A stretch of 64,000 bases of DNA from Gammaproteobacteria bacterium (GCA_965247265.1 OZ252002.1:2108863-2172862); one strand, 5' to 3'; numbered from the stretch's first letter, positions 54,828 through 63,958 are shown. Notes: generated from the sequence alone by a model not told the origin. Numbers and translations are program-made.

Positions 54828-55358
54828 TCAATGCGGTCCATTTTTTTTATGCATATAATGCGCAATTCCACTTAGTGCCATCATCCAACGGGCCAAAACA
54901 AATGTAGGCCCTTTCGTATGGGCAAGTTCATGTCCAAACATTATGCCAAGCCCAAGATAGATGCCGGCAGATACGGTTGCTCCATACAACTGCCAACCTG
55001 TAACACCATGATGTATGGTTACACCTAATATTTCTGATGTACCAAATGGAACACCAGTAACGTATTCGTACACCCGCCATACAAGTGCAAGTTGCAACAT
55101 AACAAACACTGGGTACTGTACCCACATCATTATCTTTAAAAGCCAATCTATGTCATATGCATCACCATCATCATCTCGTCCTGCAGGTTCACAATGAATA
55201 GATTTAATTGCGCTAGTTGCATAATCAACGATGATTGAGGCAATGAAAAGACCAACACCCGTCCAAACCCATGGGCCGCCAATAACCACGCCCAGTAAAG
55301 CTAAAAATATTAAGCTTGGTGTCAAAAAATATCGAATGTTTACTAAAACTTTATGCAT
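54828..55358 (-). CDS. membrane protein with 'HELAHTK' His-box (AlkB/desaturase-like N-terminal fragment?)
   Basis: 176 aa, four transmembrane segments, only one His-box; full-length family members are ~400 aa. Confidence 0.35.
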   Translation of the reverse strand: MHKVLVNIRYFLTPSLIFLALLGVVIGGPWVWTGVGLFIASIIVDYATSAIKSIHCEPAGRDDDGDAYDIDWLLKIMMWVQYPVFVMLQLALVWRVYEYVTGVPFGTSEILGVTIHHGVTGWQLYGATVSAGIYLGLGIMFGHELAHTKGPTFVLARWMMALSGIAHYMHKKNGPH

Positions 55359-55399
55359 GTTCGCATCCTCACTTACAAACTAAAATTTTATATTTTTAA

Positions 55400-56194
55400 T
55401 TAATAGTCACTGATTTGGACGGATTTTAATTGCCCTTGAAATGTTTCATGTGCATTTGGAAGAAAATCATAAGCAACTAAATCTTGCCCACATTGGCTTT
55501 TTCTGGTTTTAATTCGATCAAACCAGATCTTTACATTTTTTCTTTCATCAATAAGTGAACTACAATTAGCCATCTCACAAAGATGCAAATAAACCGTCCA
55601 ATGTAGATCTGCCCAAGTATATTTGTCACATACAATGTACTTGTTTCTCTCTAGCTGTTTATCTAATGCATCAAAAAATACTTTTAAATCTTCACAGCTT
55701 GCATCAATCACCTGGTTACCTGGCGAATAAGAGGGGTCGCTATACTTTTTAGAAATTGATTCATGAACAATAAAATTTACAAGAGGAGCAACATTCGCGA
55801 CAGCAATATCAACCCAGTAATCTTGCAGCGCAGCAAGTGAAGCATTACGCGGTGTTATCGAATAACCCAATCCCCTTGCATTTATAAATGCGGTAATTGC
55901 ATCACCACCATATGTAATGAAATCAGCTTCTTTTAAGCAAGGTGTGATTGAAAAGAGTGAAATCTCTTCAATGTACTCGTCCATTTGATCTACCGAGTCA
56001 GCAATCATGCTGTAACAATTCATTTCCATACCTTGTTCAGCTGCGGTGATAATACATTTAAGTGTATCGGGGTCTGTTGGGCTACCAATTAGTTCAAGCA
56101 CATACTGTGTTTTTTTCATGTCGCCAGATAATCCGTATCTGGAACTGTCATTTGATCCCGCTTTTTCAGCCATTAAATTAAATATATCTGTCAT
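55400..56194 (-). CDS. GST-like protein (thioredoxin-fold N-domain + GST-C-like), paralogue 1
   Basis: 'TPCLKEADFITYGGDAITAFI' cis-Pro loop region; tandem with a paralogue. Confidence 0.45.
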   Translation of the reverse strand: MTDIFNLMAEKAGSNDSSRYGLSGDMKKTQYVLELIGSPTDPDTLKCIITAAEQGMEMNCYSMIADSVDQMDEYIEEISLFSITPCLKEADFITYGGDAITAFINARGLGYSITPRNASLAALQDYWVDIAVANVAPLVNFIVHESISKKYSDPSYSPGNQVIDASCEDLKVFFDALDKQLERNKYIVCDKYTWADLHWTVYLHLCEMANCSSLIDERKNVKIWFDRIKTRKSQCGQDLVAYDFLPNAHETFQGQLKSVQISDY

Positions 56195-56229
56195 GATTAT
56201 TTACCTGTATTAAAAATGTTTACAAAATT

Positions 56230-56856
56230 TTATGCGGCTACTTTTTCAACCTTAGATTCATAACCAGGAATATCTGCCTTTACTCTAGTTAGCCAATTAT
56301 TTATATTTTCATAACTGCTAAAAACTTCGCTCTGGCCAGACTCCTCAAGCATTTTAAATACTCCTGACCAATGAATATCTGCTAAAGAAAATTCTCCAAC
56401 AATATAGTCTTTATCTTTAATATTTTTATCAAACACTTCTAAAACTTTTTTAATTTCTTTTTTTCTATTAGAAATATTATTTAGCAGAGGTTCAAATTTT
56501 TTGGTCAGTACTTGTATCCAATACTGCTGCATTGCTAAAACACGCGCCTTTCTAGGGTGGATTGTGGGCGTTCGTCCTTTTATATTTAAATAGGTCAACA
56601 CACCTCTCATACCAGTAACAATAAAGTCACCATCTTTTAAACAAGGAAACTGAGTCAAATTATCCATATGTAAAGACTCGGATAACTTTTCATCATCTAA
56701 TGACGAAACATTCCATTCAATGTCAACAGGAAGGTCCCTATAAGATGCCAAAAAGATACATTTATATGATTCAGAATCACCTGGCTGACATACTAAGTTA
56801 GAAGTTTCGTTTGCCTTTTTTTTCGATTTAAATAAGCCCATTGCATTAATCTCCAA
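56230..56856 (-). CDS. GST-like protein, paralogue 2
   Basis: 'QFPCLKDGDFIVTGMRGVLTYL' cis-Pro loop region. Confidence 0.45.
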   Translation of the reverse strand: MEINAMGLFKSKKKANETSNLVCQPGDSESYKCIFLASYRDLPVDIEWNVSSLDDEKLSESLHMDNLTQFPCLKDGDFIVTGMRGVLTYLNIKGRTPTIHPRKARVLAMQQYWIQVLTKKFEPLLNNISNRKKEIKKVLEVFDKNIKDKDYIVGEFSLADIHWSGVFKMLEESGQSEVFSSYENINNWLTRVKADIPGYESKVEKVAA

Positions 56857-56989
56857 TAATTATAGCGACCTGATTTAATTGTCTTTATTCAATTTCCTTG
56901 ATTTAAACATTGAATAATTTCAATTTAAAAATCTTGTTTACCGATTTCAAGAAAGGAAATAGCATACTTACGTAATTCATAAGAAATAC

Positions 56990-57061
56990 TGATCTGAGTC
57001 AGGTTAAAATTGCTAAAATATCAGGCAGGTATGTAAAATTGATTTATACTGATCTAGATCA
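56990..57061. promoter_or_regulatory. two FNR-type boxes in the divergent GST-like/fnr promoter region
   Basis: TGATCTGAGTCA (56990-57001) and the perfect palindrome TGATCTAGATCA (57050-57061), both TGAT-N4-ATCA; FNR consensus is TTGAT-N4-ATCAA. Confidence 0.4.
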
Positions 57062-57168
57062 GAAATATGGGATTTACTATATGCGCATCACTATAAACAT
57101 ACTTAAAGACATATGTATTTAAATAAAAATGAAATTTAGTCTCTCGTTATAATTATCATAATTTCTAG

Positions 57169-57918
57169 GTGGCAATGACTAGCACAGAGCATAAAATTAA
57201 CTTCAAGTCATTAAAAGCTTCTTGTCATAACTGCTCTTTGGTAGAACTATGCCTGCCAAGAGGATTAGCTACCAATGACTTAAGTGCATTAGATGATTTA
57301 ATTCAGCAGTGCAGACTTGTTAAAAAAGGTGATCCTATTTTTAGTCAGGGGGAAAAATCCGGATGCATTTTTGCAGTGCGATCAAGCTCAGTAAAGTCTT
57401 TTACGACAGCAAGAAATGGTGAAGAACAGATTTTGGGATTCCATTTACCTGGTGAATTACTTGGTCTAGATGGTCTCGATAATCAAATCCATAGCTGTTC
57501 TGGTATTGCATTAGATACATCTACAATTTGCGAGTTACCCATAGATGAATTGAATGTTTTGTGTGTAAAAATGCCTGGCCTGCAGCAGCAATTACTGAGT
57601 CTAATTAGTGATGAAATTACTAAAGATCACTCGATGCTCCTTTTGTTAGCACGGCGTAATTCCGAGCAAAAGCTGGCCACATTTTTTATCAACCTCTCAA
57701 ATCGCTTTAAAGTCCGTGGCTATTCAGCTAATGAATTTGGTTTGACGATGAGCCGATGCGATATAGGTAACTATCTAGGACTTGCAGATGAGACAGTGAG
57801 TAGATTAATAACTAAATTTAGAGAAAATAAAGTTATTGATGCTGATAGAAAGAAAATAAAGATACTCAACCACGAATTATTATGCAAAGTGGCTGAAGGT
57901 GATTGCAATTTAAATTAA
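57169..57918 (+). CDS. fnr: FNR-type (Crp/Fnr family) [4Fe-4S] oxygen-sensing regulator
   Basis: N-terminal 'CHNCSLVELC' (C-x2-C-x5-C) plus central 'ICELP' Cys; recognition helix 'ETVSRL'. Confidence 0.75.
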   Translation: MAMTSTEHKINFKSLKASCHNCSLVELCLPRGLATNDLSALDDLIQQCRLVKKGDPIFSQGEKSGCIFAVRSSSVKSFTTARNGEEQILGFHLPGELLGLDGLDNQIHSCSGIALDTSTICELPIDELNVLCVKMPGLQQQLLSLISDEITKDHSMLLLLARRNSEQKLATFFINLSNRFKVRGYSANEFGLTMSRCDIGNYLGLADETVSRLITKFRENKVIDADRKKIKILNHELLCKVAEGDCNLN

Positions 57919-58072
57919 TAATTAAATAAGCTAATTTCACCACCGCTAATCAACATGCCTAATGGAATAAAGTTTGTTCTTCCAAAATATTAATCTCCTT
58001 TTTAAAGATTATGATGTGGATTCATATTTTAACTGCTTTAAACTAAACTTTATGGGCTTCTTCATTAAACTA

Positions 58073-58108
58073 TTTGAACGTCCGCTTTCAGCCAAAAGCG
58101 GTCATTCA
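58073..58108. repeat. hairpin repeat copy 7
   Basis: TTGAACGTCCGCT-TTCAGCCAAA-AGCGGTCATTCAA. Confidence 0.7.
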
Positions 58109-58205
58109 ATTTCTAACGATTTTCCTTGATTATTTTCTAAACAACAAACGATTGTTTACAAAAGCATGTTTTATATATTTTTGTTATGGAGTGCATTAGG
58201 TTATC

Positions 58206-58544
58206 TCAGTCTGTATCTATGATGTGACGTTCTTCAAATTCAATTATTTCTCCACATTTTAAATCTTGGATATATTTAGGATTATCTTCTAACTGTCCTA
58301 ATAATTTATTATATTGTACTAATAGAATCTCAACCCACAATTGCTCTGTGCTCGGGATTTCTGGATCATCACTTTTAAAATTAAATATAAGCTTTACTTT
58401 ATGCCCTTTCTCTAGGGGTTCAATCGCTTCTTTTGAAGGTTTAGATAGTGTATATGGAAACTCTTCTGACAGCTTTTGTGCATCTTCAAGCTTCCAACTT
58501 TTATCTATCACTGTTTCTCTTTTGGGTCGAAAGCGGACATTCAA
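58206..58544 (-). CDS. hypothetical protein (true start uncertain; the annotated start lies inside a repeat copy)
   Basis: the first residues 'MNVRFRP' are encoded by the hairpin repeat. Confidence 0.3.
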   Translation of the reverse strand: MNVRFRPKRETVIDKSWKLEDAQKLSEEFPYTLSKPSKEAIEPLEKGHKVKLIFNFKSDDPEIPSTEQLWVEILLVQYNKLLGQLEDNPKYIQDLKCGEIIEFEERHIIDTD

Positions 58545-58545
58545 C
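58516..58545. repeat. hairpin repeat copy 8 (loop + right arm only)
   Basis: TTTTGGGTCGAA-AGCGGACATTCAA. Confidence 0.55.
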
Positions 58546-58664
58546 CCGTCCTCAAATTATCTGAAAATATTGTTAAATGATTGGATGATGCGCATGTCAA
58601 AATTATATTTCTTTAACCTTTCTTCCAAAACTTATTTCTTTAATCTCTCTTTTGCTATTAAGTA

Positions 58665-59200
58665 GACTTTCTTTGCGCTTTGTACATCATTGCAAGTGAC
58701 ATAAAAAAATGCGATTGCACTGATGAAGAATAAGTAGAAGAGAGATTTTTTGATCACAAGAAATCAGCTTCCTTCATACACAGCTCCTGCGATGTGAAAT
58801 CCTTTTCCACTCACTGTCTTAGAATCATCTAAAAAATATAATTCGGTTTCACCTTCTTGGACATGAGTGTTATCAGAATTTTGGTATTCTATTGTAGATG
58901 GGTACGCCCAGATTTCGATCGTGCTGCCATCGGGTATTTGTTCCCAATAACTCTCTATTGCCCCCCATATCGGTTGGCCTTGTTTAATAAAGGTTTGCGT
59001 ACGACTGGGTTCACCAAATAGTGAGGTAATCTCATCACGTGCGGCTCCCACATTGAAATCAGCGTGCATCGGTACTGGCATTTCGTCTTCGCATGAGACA
59101 AGCAATACAATGAGCGGAAGAATTAAAAAGTAATTAATGCTTCTTAATCTTTTTATTTTCATCTGTTGAGTGCTGATTCGTGATGAATTAATATTTTTCA
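58665..59200. repeat. segmental duplication, copy B (thermonuclease N-terminal remnant + lipoprotein gene)
   Basis: matches 50985..51505; only ~30 codons of the thermonuclease are retained before divergence. Confidence 0.6.
58764..59162 (-). CDS. lipoprotein, copy 2 (paralogue of 51073..51471)
   Basis: start taken at the internal 'MKIKRLRS' of ORF 58764..59201; lipobox 'VSC'. Confidence 0.5.
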   Translation of the reverse strand: MKIKRLRSINYFLILPLIVLLVSCEDEMPVPMHADFNVGAARDEITSLFGEPSRTQTFIKQGQPIWGAIESYWEQIPDGSTIEIWAYPSTIEYQNSDNTHVQEGETELYFLDDSKTVSGKGFHIAGAVYEGS

Positions 59201-59351
59201 TAACTTGCTTTGCCTAAACACTACGCTGCAAATAAAATTAAAATGAGTGGTGGGAGTTTTTTCATTGCATCCCCTCTACTTATTATTCTTATAGGGGAAT
59301 CATACTCCTAGGCCCAACAAAATTCTGAGCCATTGATTTATCTATATTTCT

Positions 59352-59384
59352 AATGTTTGCTTTCGGCCAATAGCGGATGTTAGG
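59352..59384. repeat. hairpin repeat copy 9 (degenerate)
   Basis: AATGTTTGCT-TTCGGCCAAT-AGCGGATGTT. Confidence 0.55.
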
Positions 59385-59420
59385 ATTTTTTGATGATTCA
59401 TTGATTTAGACCAGTATAAA

Positions 59421-59846
59421 TTGACAATCTACTCTATAATATTATTTACGATTACGAAAATAAACCAAATAAATATTATAAATCCAACCTTATTTGAAAA
59501 AATCGGTGGTAAAGAAACTGTAGATAAAGCAGCAAAATTTCTATATGTAAACGTATTGCGCGATGATCGCCTCAAGCGCTTTTTCGAAGGCACTGATATG
59601 CAAAAGCAAGAGCGCATGATGAGCGCATTTTTGGTTAACATTTTGGGTGGCCCGTCACTTTACGTTGGAAAACACATGCAGCGTGCGCATGCGGATTCGG
59701 TTAAAGATGGACTGAGTGACAAGCATGTTGACGCGATGATGGAATGTGTGGGTGCGGTGCTTCGTGAATTGAAAATAGAAGCCGATCTAATTAGTGAAGT
59801 TATAAAGACAATTGAAAAGCATCGGGACAGTGTACTTGGTAGATGA
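59421..59846 (+). CDS. truncated haemoglobin paralogue 2 (start uncertain)
   Basis: 'FEKIGGKETV...ILGGPSLYVGKHMQRAH'; the position of copy 1's ATG reads ATA here; the only in-frame ATG is 30 codons upstream. Confidence 0.6.
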   Translation: MTIYSIILFTITKINQINIINPTLFEKIGGKETVDKAAKFLYVNVLRDDRLKRFFEGTDMQKQERMMSAFLVNILGGPSLYVGKHMQRAHADSVKDGLSDKHVDAMMECVGAVLRELKIEADLISEVIKTIEKHRDSVLGR

Positions 59847-59944
59847 GCTAATATTATCGTTCATTCAAAAAGTAATTCATGTTAGTTCTATTATTAAAAA
59901 CGCTGAAGCGAAGTCGCGGAAATAAGAATTGTTTTGTATGTTAA

Positions 59945-59982
59945 AGGCTACAATTTGAATGTCCGCTTTGGGTCGGAAGCGG
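59945..59982. repeat. hairpin repeat copy 10
   Basis: TTGAATGTCCGCT-TTGGGTCGGA-AGCGGTCATTCACAA. Confidence 0.7.
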
Positions 59983-60213
59983 TCATTCACAATATTTCTG
60001 CCTAATATAAATTCCCTTTTAGCTTTTCTTTTAGCTCTTAATATAAGTGTAAAATTGTATTATTAGCACTATTCTTAAGAACGATCAGAGTAAACATGGC
60101 TTATTTTATATAAAATGTAGTTTTAAAATTTCTATCGTACAGTAAAGTATAAGCTACTCTGTATTAAGAATTATAAATAACCATCTCTTTTTTTAACAAA
60201 AGACAAAATTGAC

Positions 60214-60984
60214 ATGAAAAAAATACTTATTGGTTTAGTAGTCTTAATAATTATTATTGCAGGCGCTGCATATTATCTTTTTAGCAATTTAGACAATATT
60301 GTGAAGGCCGCAATTGAAAAATACGGATCAGAAGTGACTCAAACAAGCGTGAACGTGAGCAGTGTACACATTGGATTAACCGATGGGCTAGGGACAATTA
60401 AAAATTTAGTTATTGGTAATCCTAAAGGATTTGATAGCGACTATTTGTTTCAAATGGACAACATAGGCGTACAACTAAATTTAGATAAAATTTCTAAAGA
60501 TTTAATCATAATCAATCAAATCATGCTGGATGGCCCTTCTATCATTTATGAATTGAACAACACTACTAGCAACGTCGATGTGGTTAAAAAGAATGTTGAT
60601 GCTTATGCAGGTAGTGGTGCTGAGAACAAAGAGCGCGATCAAAGTGCTGGACCTAAATTGATTATTGAAAATTTCATTATCAAGAACGGTGATGTAAAAG
60701 CAGTATCGAATATGGTAAAGGATAAAACCTTATCCACTAAACTCCCAACTATCCATTTGCGTGATATTGGGAAAGAGACAGGTGGTGCTACCTCTGCAGA
60801 AGTGTCAAAGATCATCATTACGGAGTTGACGAAAGAAACAAAAGCTGCAGCTGGCGACCTTGATTTACGCTCCTTGATGAATGAGGAGATGTTGAAGAAT
60901 CTCGATACAGAGACATTAAAAGATGTGGATAAGCTTAAAGGCCTTGAAAAGGAAGTGGGTGACAAACTAAAGAAGATGTTTTAA
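60214..60984 (+). CDS. membrane-anchored protein of unknown function (AsmA/DUF748-like?)
   Basis: N-terminal transmembrane segment, rest hydrophilic. Confidence 0.35.
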   Translation: MKKILIGLVVLIIIIAGAAYYLFSNLDNIVKAAIEKYGSEVTQTSVNVSSVHIGLTDGLGTIKNLVIGNPKGFDSDYLFQMDNIGVQLNLDKISKDLIIINQIMLDGPSIIYELNNTTSNVDVVKKNVDAYAGSGAENKERDQSAGPKLIIENFIIKNGDVKAVSNMVKDKTLSTKLPTIHLRDIGKETGGATSAEVSKIIITELTKETKAAAGDLDLRSLMNEEMLKNLDTETLKDVDKLKGLEKEVGDKLKKMF

Positions 60985-61022
60985 CTCAAATCTTTTTATT
61001 CAACTCAAATTTAATTTAGAAT

Positions 61023-61054
61023 CAATGTCCGCTTTGGGTCGTTAGCGGACATTG
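61023..61054. repeat. hairpin repeat copy 11 (perfect 11-bp stems)
   Basis: CAATGTCCGCT-TTGGGTCGTT-AGCGGACATTG. Confidence 0.75.
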
Positions 61055-61059
61055 CGTAA

Positions 61060-61338
61060 CTAATTTTGTATTAACCTTTCCCTAAACTCCCTCGGCACCT
61101 CTTCATCCAACCAAACATTATTCGGTTCCTTCCATTCCTTAACCCTTGGCTTTCTTATCTGATAACATCGATACGTAATCTTCCCTTCTTCTTCAAGCTT
61201 TGCGTAAATGGCTCTTAATGATAAGCATGCATCTGCTACATGCACCACATCTACTGGCTCCCATTCCACATATGGCTTCTTCATTATCTGATCAGCCTTG
61301 ATAATCTCTTCTTTTATATTGGCGTGGATTTCAATCAA
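61060..61338 (-). CDS. hypothetical protein
   Basis: ORF only. Confidence 0.35.
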   Translation of the reverse strand: MIEIHANIKEEIIKADQIMKKPYVEWEPVDVVHVADACLSLRAIYAKLEEEGKITYRCYQIRKPRVKEWKEPNNVWLDEEVPREFRERLIQN

Positions 61339-61655
61339 AATTGATCCTTCTTGATGTTAAAATGGCCTATATCGACTAACCCCTACCCTTACCCTTACTT
61401 ACCCATATATAAGCGATTTTCCCCTCTGAAAGCCGCATAGAATAGGGCCGAAATTCAAGTTTTTAAGGGTCTTAGGTATCTATAAATAGCTAGAAACTTG
61501 GTCTTATTATTCAGGTCTAAAGTCATACCTATTGTTTGGTTAGCTCCATTACCAATGGATGGGTTATAGAAGTTATTCAGTAGGTGCTCGCCATCGTAGG
61601 CTTGTGTGTATCCCTAAGCACAAACCATCTGTTAGTGGTGGCGTTCTTTCACTAT

Positions 61656-62201
61656 TTAATTTCTAGTTGCTCTAGCAATCTCTTCAAAGTTTATATCTTT
61701 ATAGCTGAACACTTGGTTATTCATTAGACTTTTATCATAATTATCTACCCAATCCTTATGAAGCCCTAAATCCATATGTGTGGGTGGGGCAATAGTAAAC
61801 GTCACAGAGTATAAATCTGATGTTTTTCCAGGAAGAGAAATGTTTCTTGCATAATGAAAGTTATCGACTAAATTAATATGCGGTAGCAAATCTACGAAAG
61901 CGCTTAACCCTGTTGTTTGATTAACAACTTTAGCAGTAATGTAAAGGTAAGGTACAAAACCTCCTTCTGGTGTTCCCTCAGGAATGTCTTTATCAGCCCA
62001 ATTAACACGCGCTTCGATATGAACATGGGTTTCACTCTCATTAATATGGCGCATGCTTGGCATTATCTGATCCTTGATGGCTCCTTCAAAAATGAACACG
62101 ATCCCTGGTGATACAGTTTCTTCACCAATAACCAATTCAATTGCATGAACAATTGAAAAATTAGCTAAAACGAAAAAAATTAATATTAACTTCTTAATCA
62201 T
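61656..62201 (-). CDS. P19/FtrA-family periplasmic Fe/Cu-binding protein
   Basis: 'HVHIEARVNWAD...PEGGFVPYLYITAKVVNQTTG...LPHINLVDNFHYARN' aligns with Campylobacter P19 'IHLEADIHA...PEGFWMPYLTIAYEL...MPMVADDGPHYGAN'. Confidence 0.6.
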   Translation of the reverse strand: MIKKLILIFFVLANFSIVHAIELVIGEETVSPGIVFIFEGAIKDQIMPSMRHINESETHVHIEARVNWADKDIPEGTPEGGFVPYLYITAKVVNQTTGLSAFVDLLPHINLVDNFHYARNISLPGKTSDLYSVTFTIAPPTHMDLGLHKDWVDNYDKSLMNNQVFSYKDINFEEIARATRN

Positions 62202-62705
62202 TAGATTTTCCTTATTTATTTTTGAGTTTAATACACAGCCTGGCTAGATTTAATTGTATTGTTAATGTTTAGCTTTGTTTTAAAAATAGCCCTTGTAACC
62301 ATATCGTTGCCCCTTAGTAAATTTTCTTTGAATTTTATAAATTCCGATTAGTGAAAATTGATTAGTCTTGGATTAATCATAGGTTCGTGCAGGATCTGTT
62401 TTTTTGTGCTTGTTATGTGACATGTTTCAATAATATCTATTTGCTAATAATAACGATTCGCATTAGTATTCGCAATAAGTTTACATCATTTTGGAAGAAT
62501 TAATTAAGATTTACTAAATTTTATGAAGTTTTTTCTCTATTAAACAGTAACTTATTTATTGTCCTTGCAGCTATCACTGCTTTACAAATGTAACTTCTTG
62601 GAGAATCCCATGTAAAAGCAATAGAATAATTGCAAAATTCTTTTCGCGAAATTTTCGCGGCGAAAAGTTTAGATGTTCTAAATTTATCTAAGCCCTTGTT
62701 TTTTA

Positions 62706-62750
62706 TGGCGCGCCCGGAGAGATTCGAACTCCCGACCACCTGGTTCGAAG
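62706..62750 (-). other. tRNA-Arg(UCG) 3' fragment, copy 2 (direct repeat of 54039..54088)
   Basis: ...CUUCGAA-CCAGG-UGGUC-GGGAGTTCGAATCTCTC-CGGGCGC-G-CCA; differs from copy 1 by compensating T-stem substitutions. Confidence 0.55.
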
Positions 62751-62918
62751 GGAAATAGTTTGAATTCCTTCAAATAGCGAGTCTAACTATAAACACATTA
62801 AAATCATAACGTTAAATACACGACGATCTTCGCGGACTATTGCGTCTCCAGTCATAAACAGTTTTAAACAACAGCTATTTTACTAAGTGTGGTCACAAAT
62901 CCGGTCACAACATAATCA

Positions 62919-63446
62919 TTAAGAAGAAACAGGCATAAACTGAAGGACACTTGGGAGACGCACTTCTACACGGCTTCTCAATAATGCATCATCTTTGCAT
63001 GCACTGATAAATGCATTAACGCCATGCACAACATCATTAATGAAAGACTTCATGCCAATTATTACGAGATTACTATTTTCGTTTGGATCATATGCATGTT
63101 TGCCGCCGTCGTGATATACGTATTTAATCGTATCAGAGTCTTCTGTGTGCAACTCGGCAGTCGAACCATATGTATGCAGAAAAGCACAACGCGCAGCATA
63201 AACATCCTTGCCTCTATATTGATATGGTTGATCTGCGTGACCTTGAAGATAAGTGTCAACCCATTGCTTAAAATCAGACCGAGTAACTCTATCTTTGTCT
63301 ACAGGCCTGCCAAGAGATGCTAGAAGATCTATACATATAAATGACATGGCAACTGCTGCGGTATTAATATCAGCTTCATCACATCGTTTTATCTCACTAA
63401 CTAAACCAACTATAGCTTTCCAGTTTTCTGTAGATTCAGTTCCCAT
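62919..63446 (-). CDS. hypothetical protein
   Basis: ORF only. Confidence 0.35.
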   Translation of the reverse strand: MGTESTENWKAIVGLVSEIKRCDEADINTAAVAMSFICIDLLASLGRPVDKDRVTRSDFKQWVDTYLQGHADQPYQYRGKDVYAARCAFLHTYGSTAELHTEDSDTIKYVYHDGGKHAYDPNENSNLVIIGMKSFINDVVHGVNAFISACKDDALLRSRVEVRLPSVLQFMPVSS

Positions 63447-63556
63447 AATTATTTATGCTCCTCAATCACAACGTGGTCGAGCTATGAGGTAATCACATAG
63501 CTAATACTCAGAGAATGGTAGGTGGTCATAGAGAGCTAAAGACGGTCTATTGGAGC

Positions 63557-63958
63557 CTACGACTTCCCTTTTAGATATAATTTGAGTTGTTCTATGCTTA
63601 GAGCAGGCTGCGTTTTATGTATCATGGCATGGCAGTTAGGACATACAGGAACTAAATCATTAACTGGATCCAGTATATATTCTTTACGTATGTCGGCCAA
63701 TGGAATCTTATGGTGTACATGTATGTAATTCTCTCCCAATGGACCATAAAACTTTTTAAATTCAAAGCCACATACTTTACATTTGTATCCATGATGTTTA
63801 ATGCATTCAGCTCTTGCTTTGTCATCTCGCTCGTATGTATTTACAGATATTTGCTTAGATGCACCTTCTATAAACTGCTTTGGAGTTACTATTTCCTCTG
63901 GAAGACTATTACCCAGAAAATTATCAGATGCATACCAATCATTGCCAATTCGCTTCAA
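63557..63958 (-). CDS. HNH endonuclease
   Basis: 'CKVCG...HVHHKIP...CPNCHAMIH' HNH/zinc-finger motif. Confidence 0.6.
   Translation of the reverse strand: MKRIGNDWYASDNFLGNSLPEEIVTPKQFIEGASKQISVNTYERDDKARAECIKHHGYKCKVCGFEFKKFYGPLGENYIHVHHKIPLADIRKEYILDPVNDLVPVCPNCHAMIHKTQPALSIEQLKLYLKGKS

Noticed and set aside
61339-61655. Relatively GC-rich 317-bp non-coding stretch with short CCCTTA-like repeats, as a possible sRNA
   Set aside because: There is no convincing promoter/terminator pair or conserved structure visible; it is left as an unexplained intergenic region.
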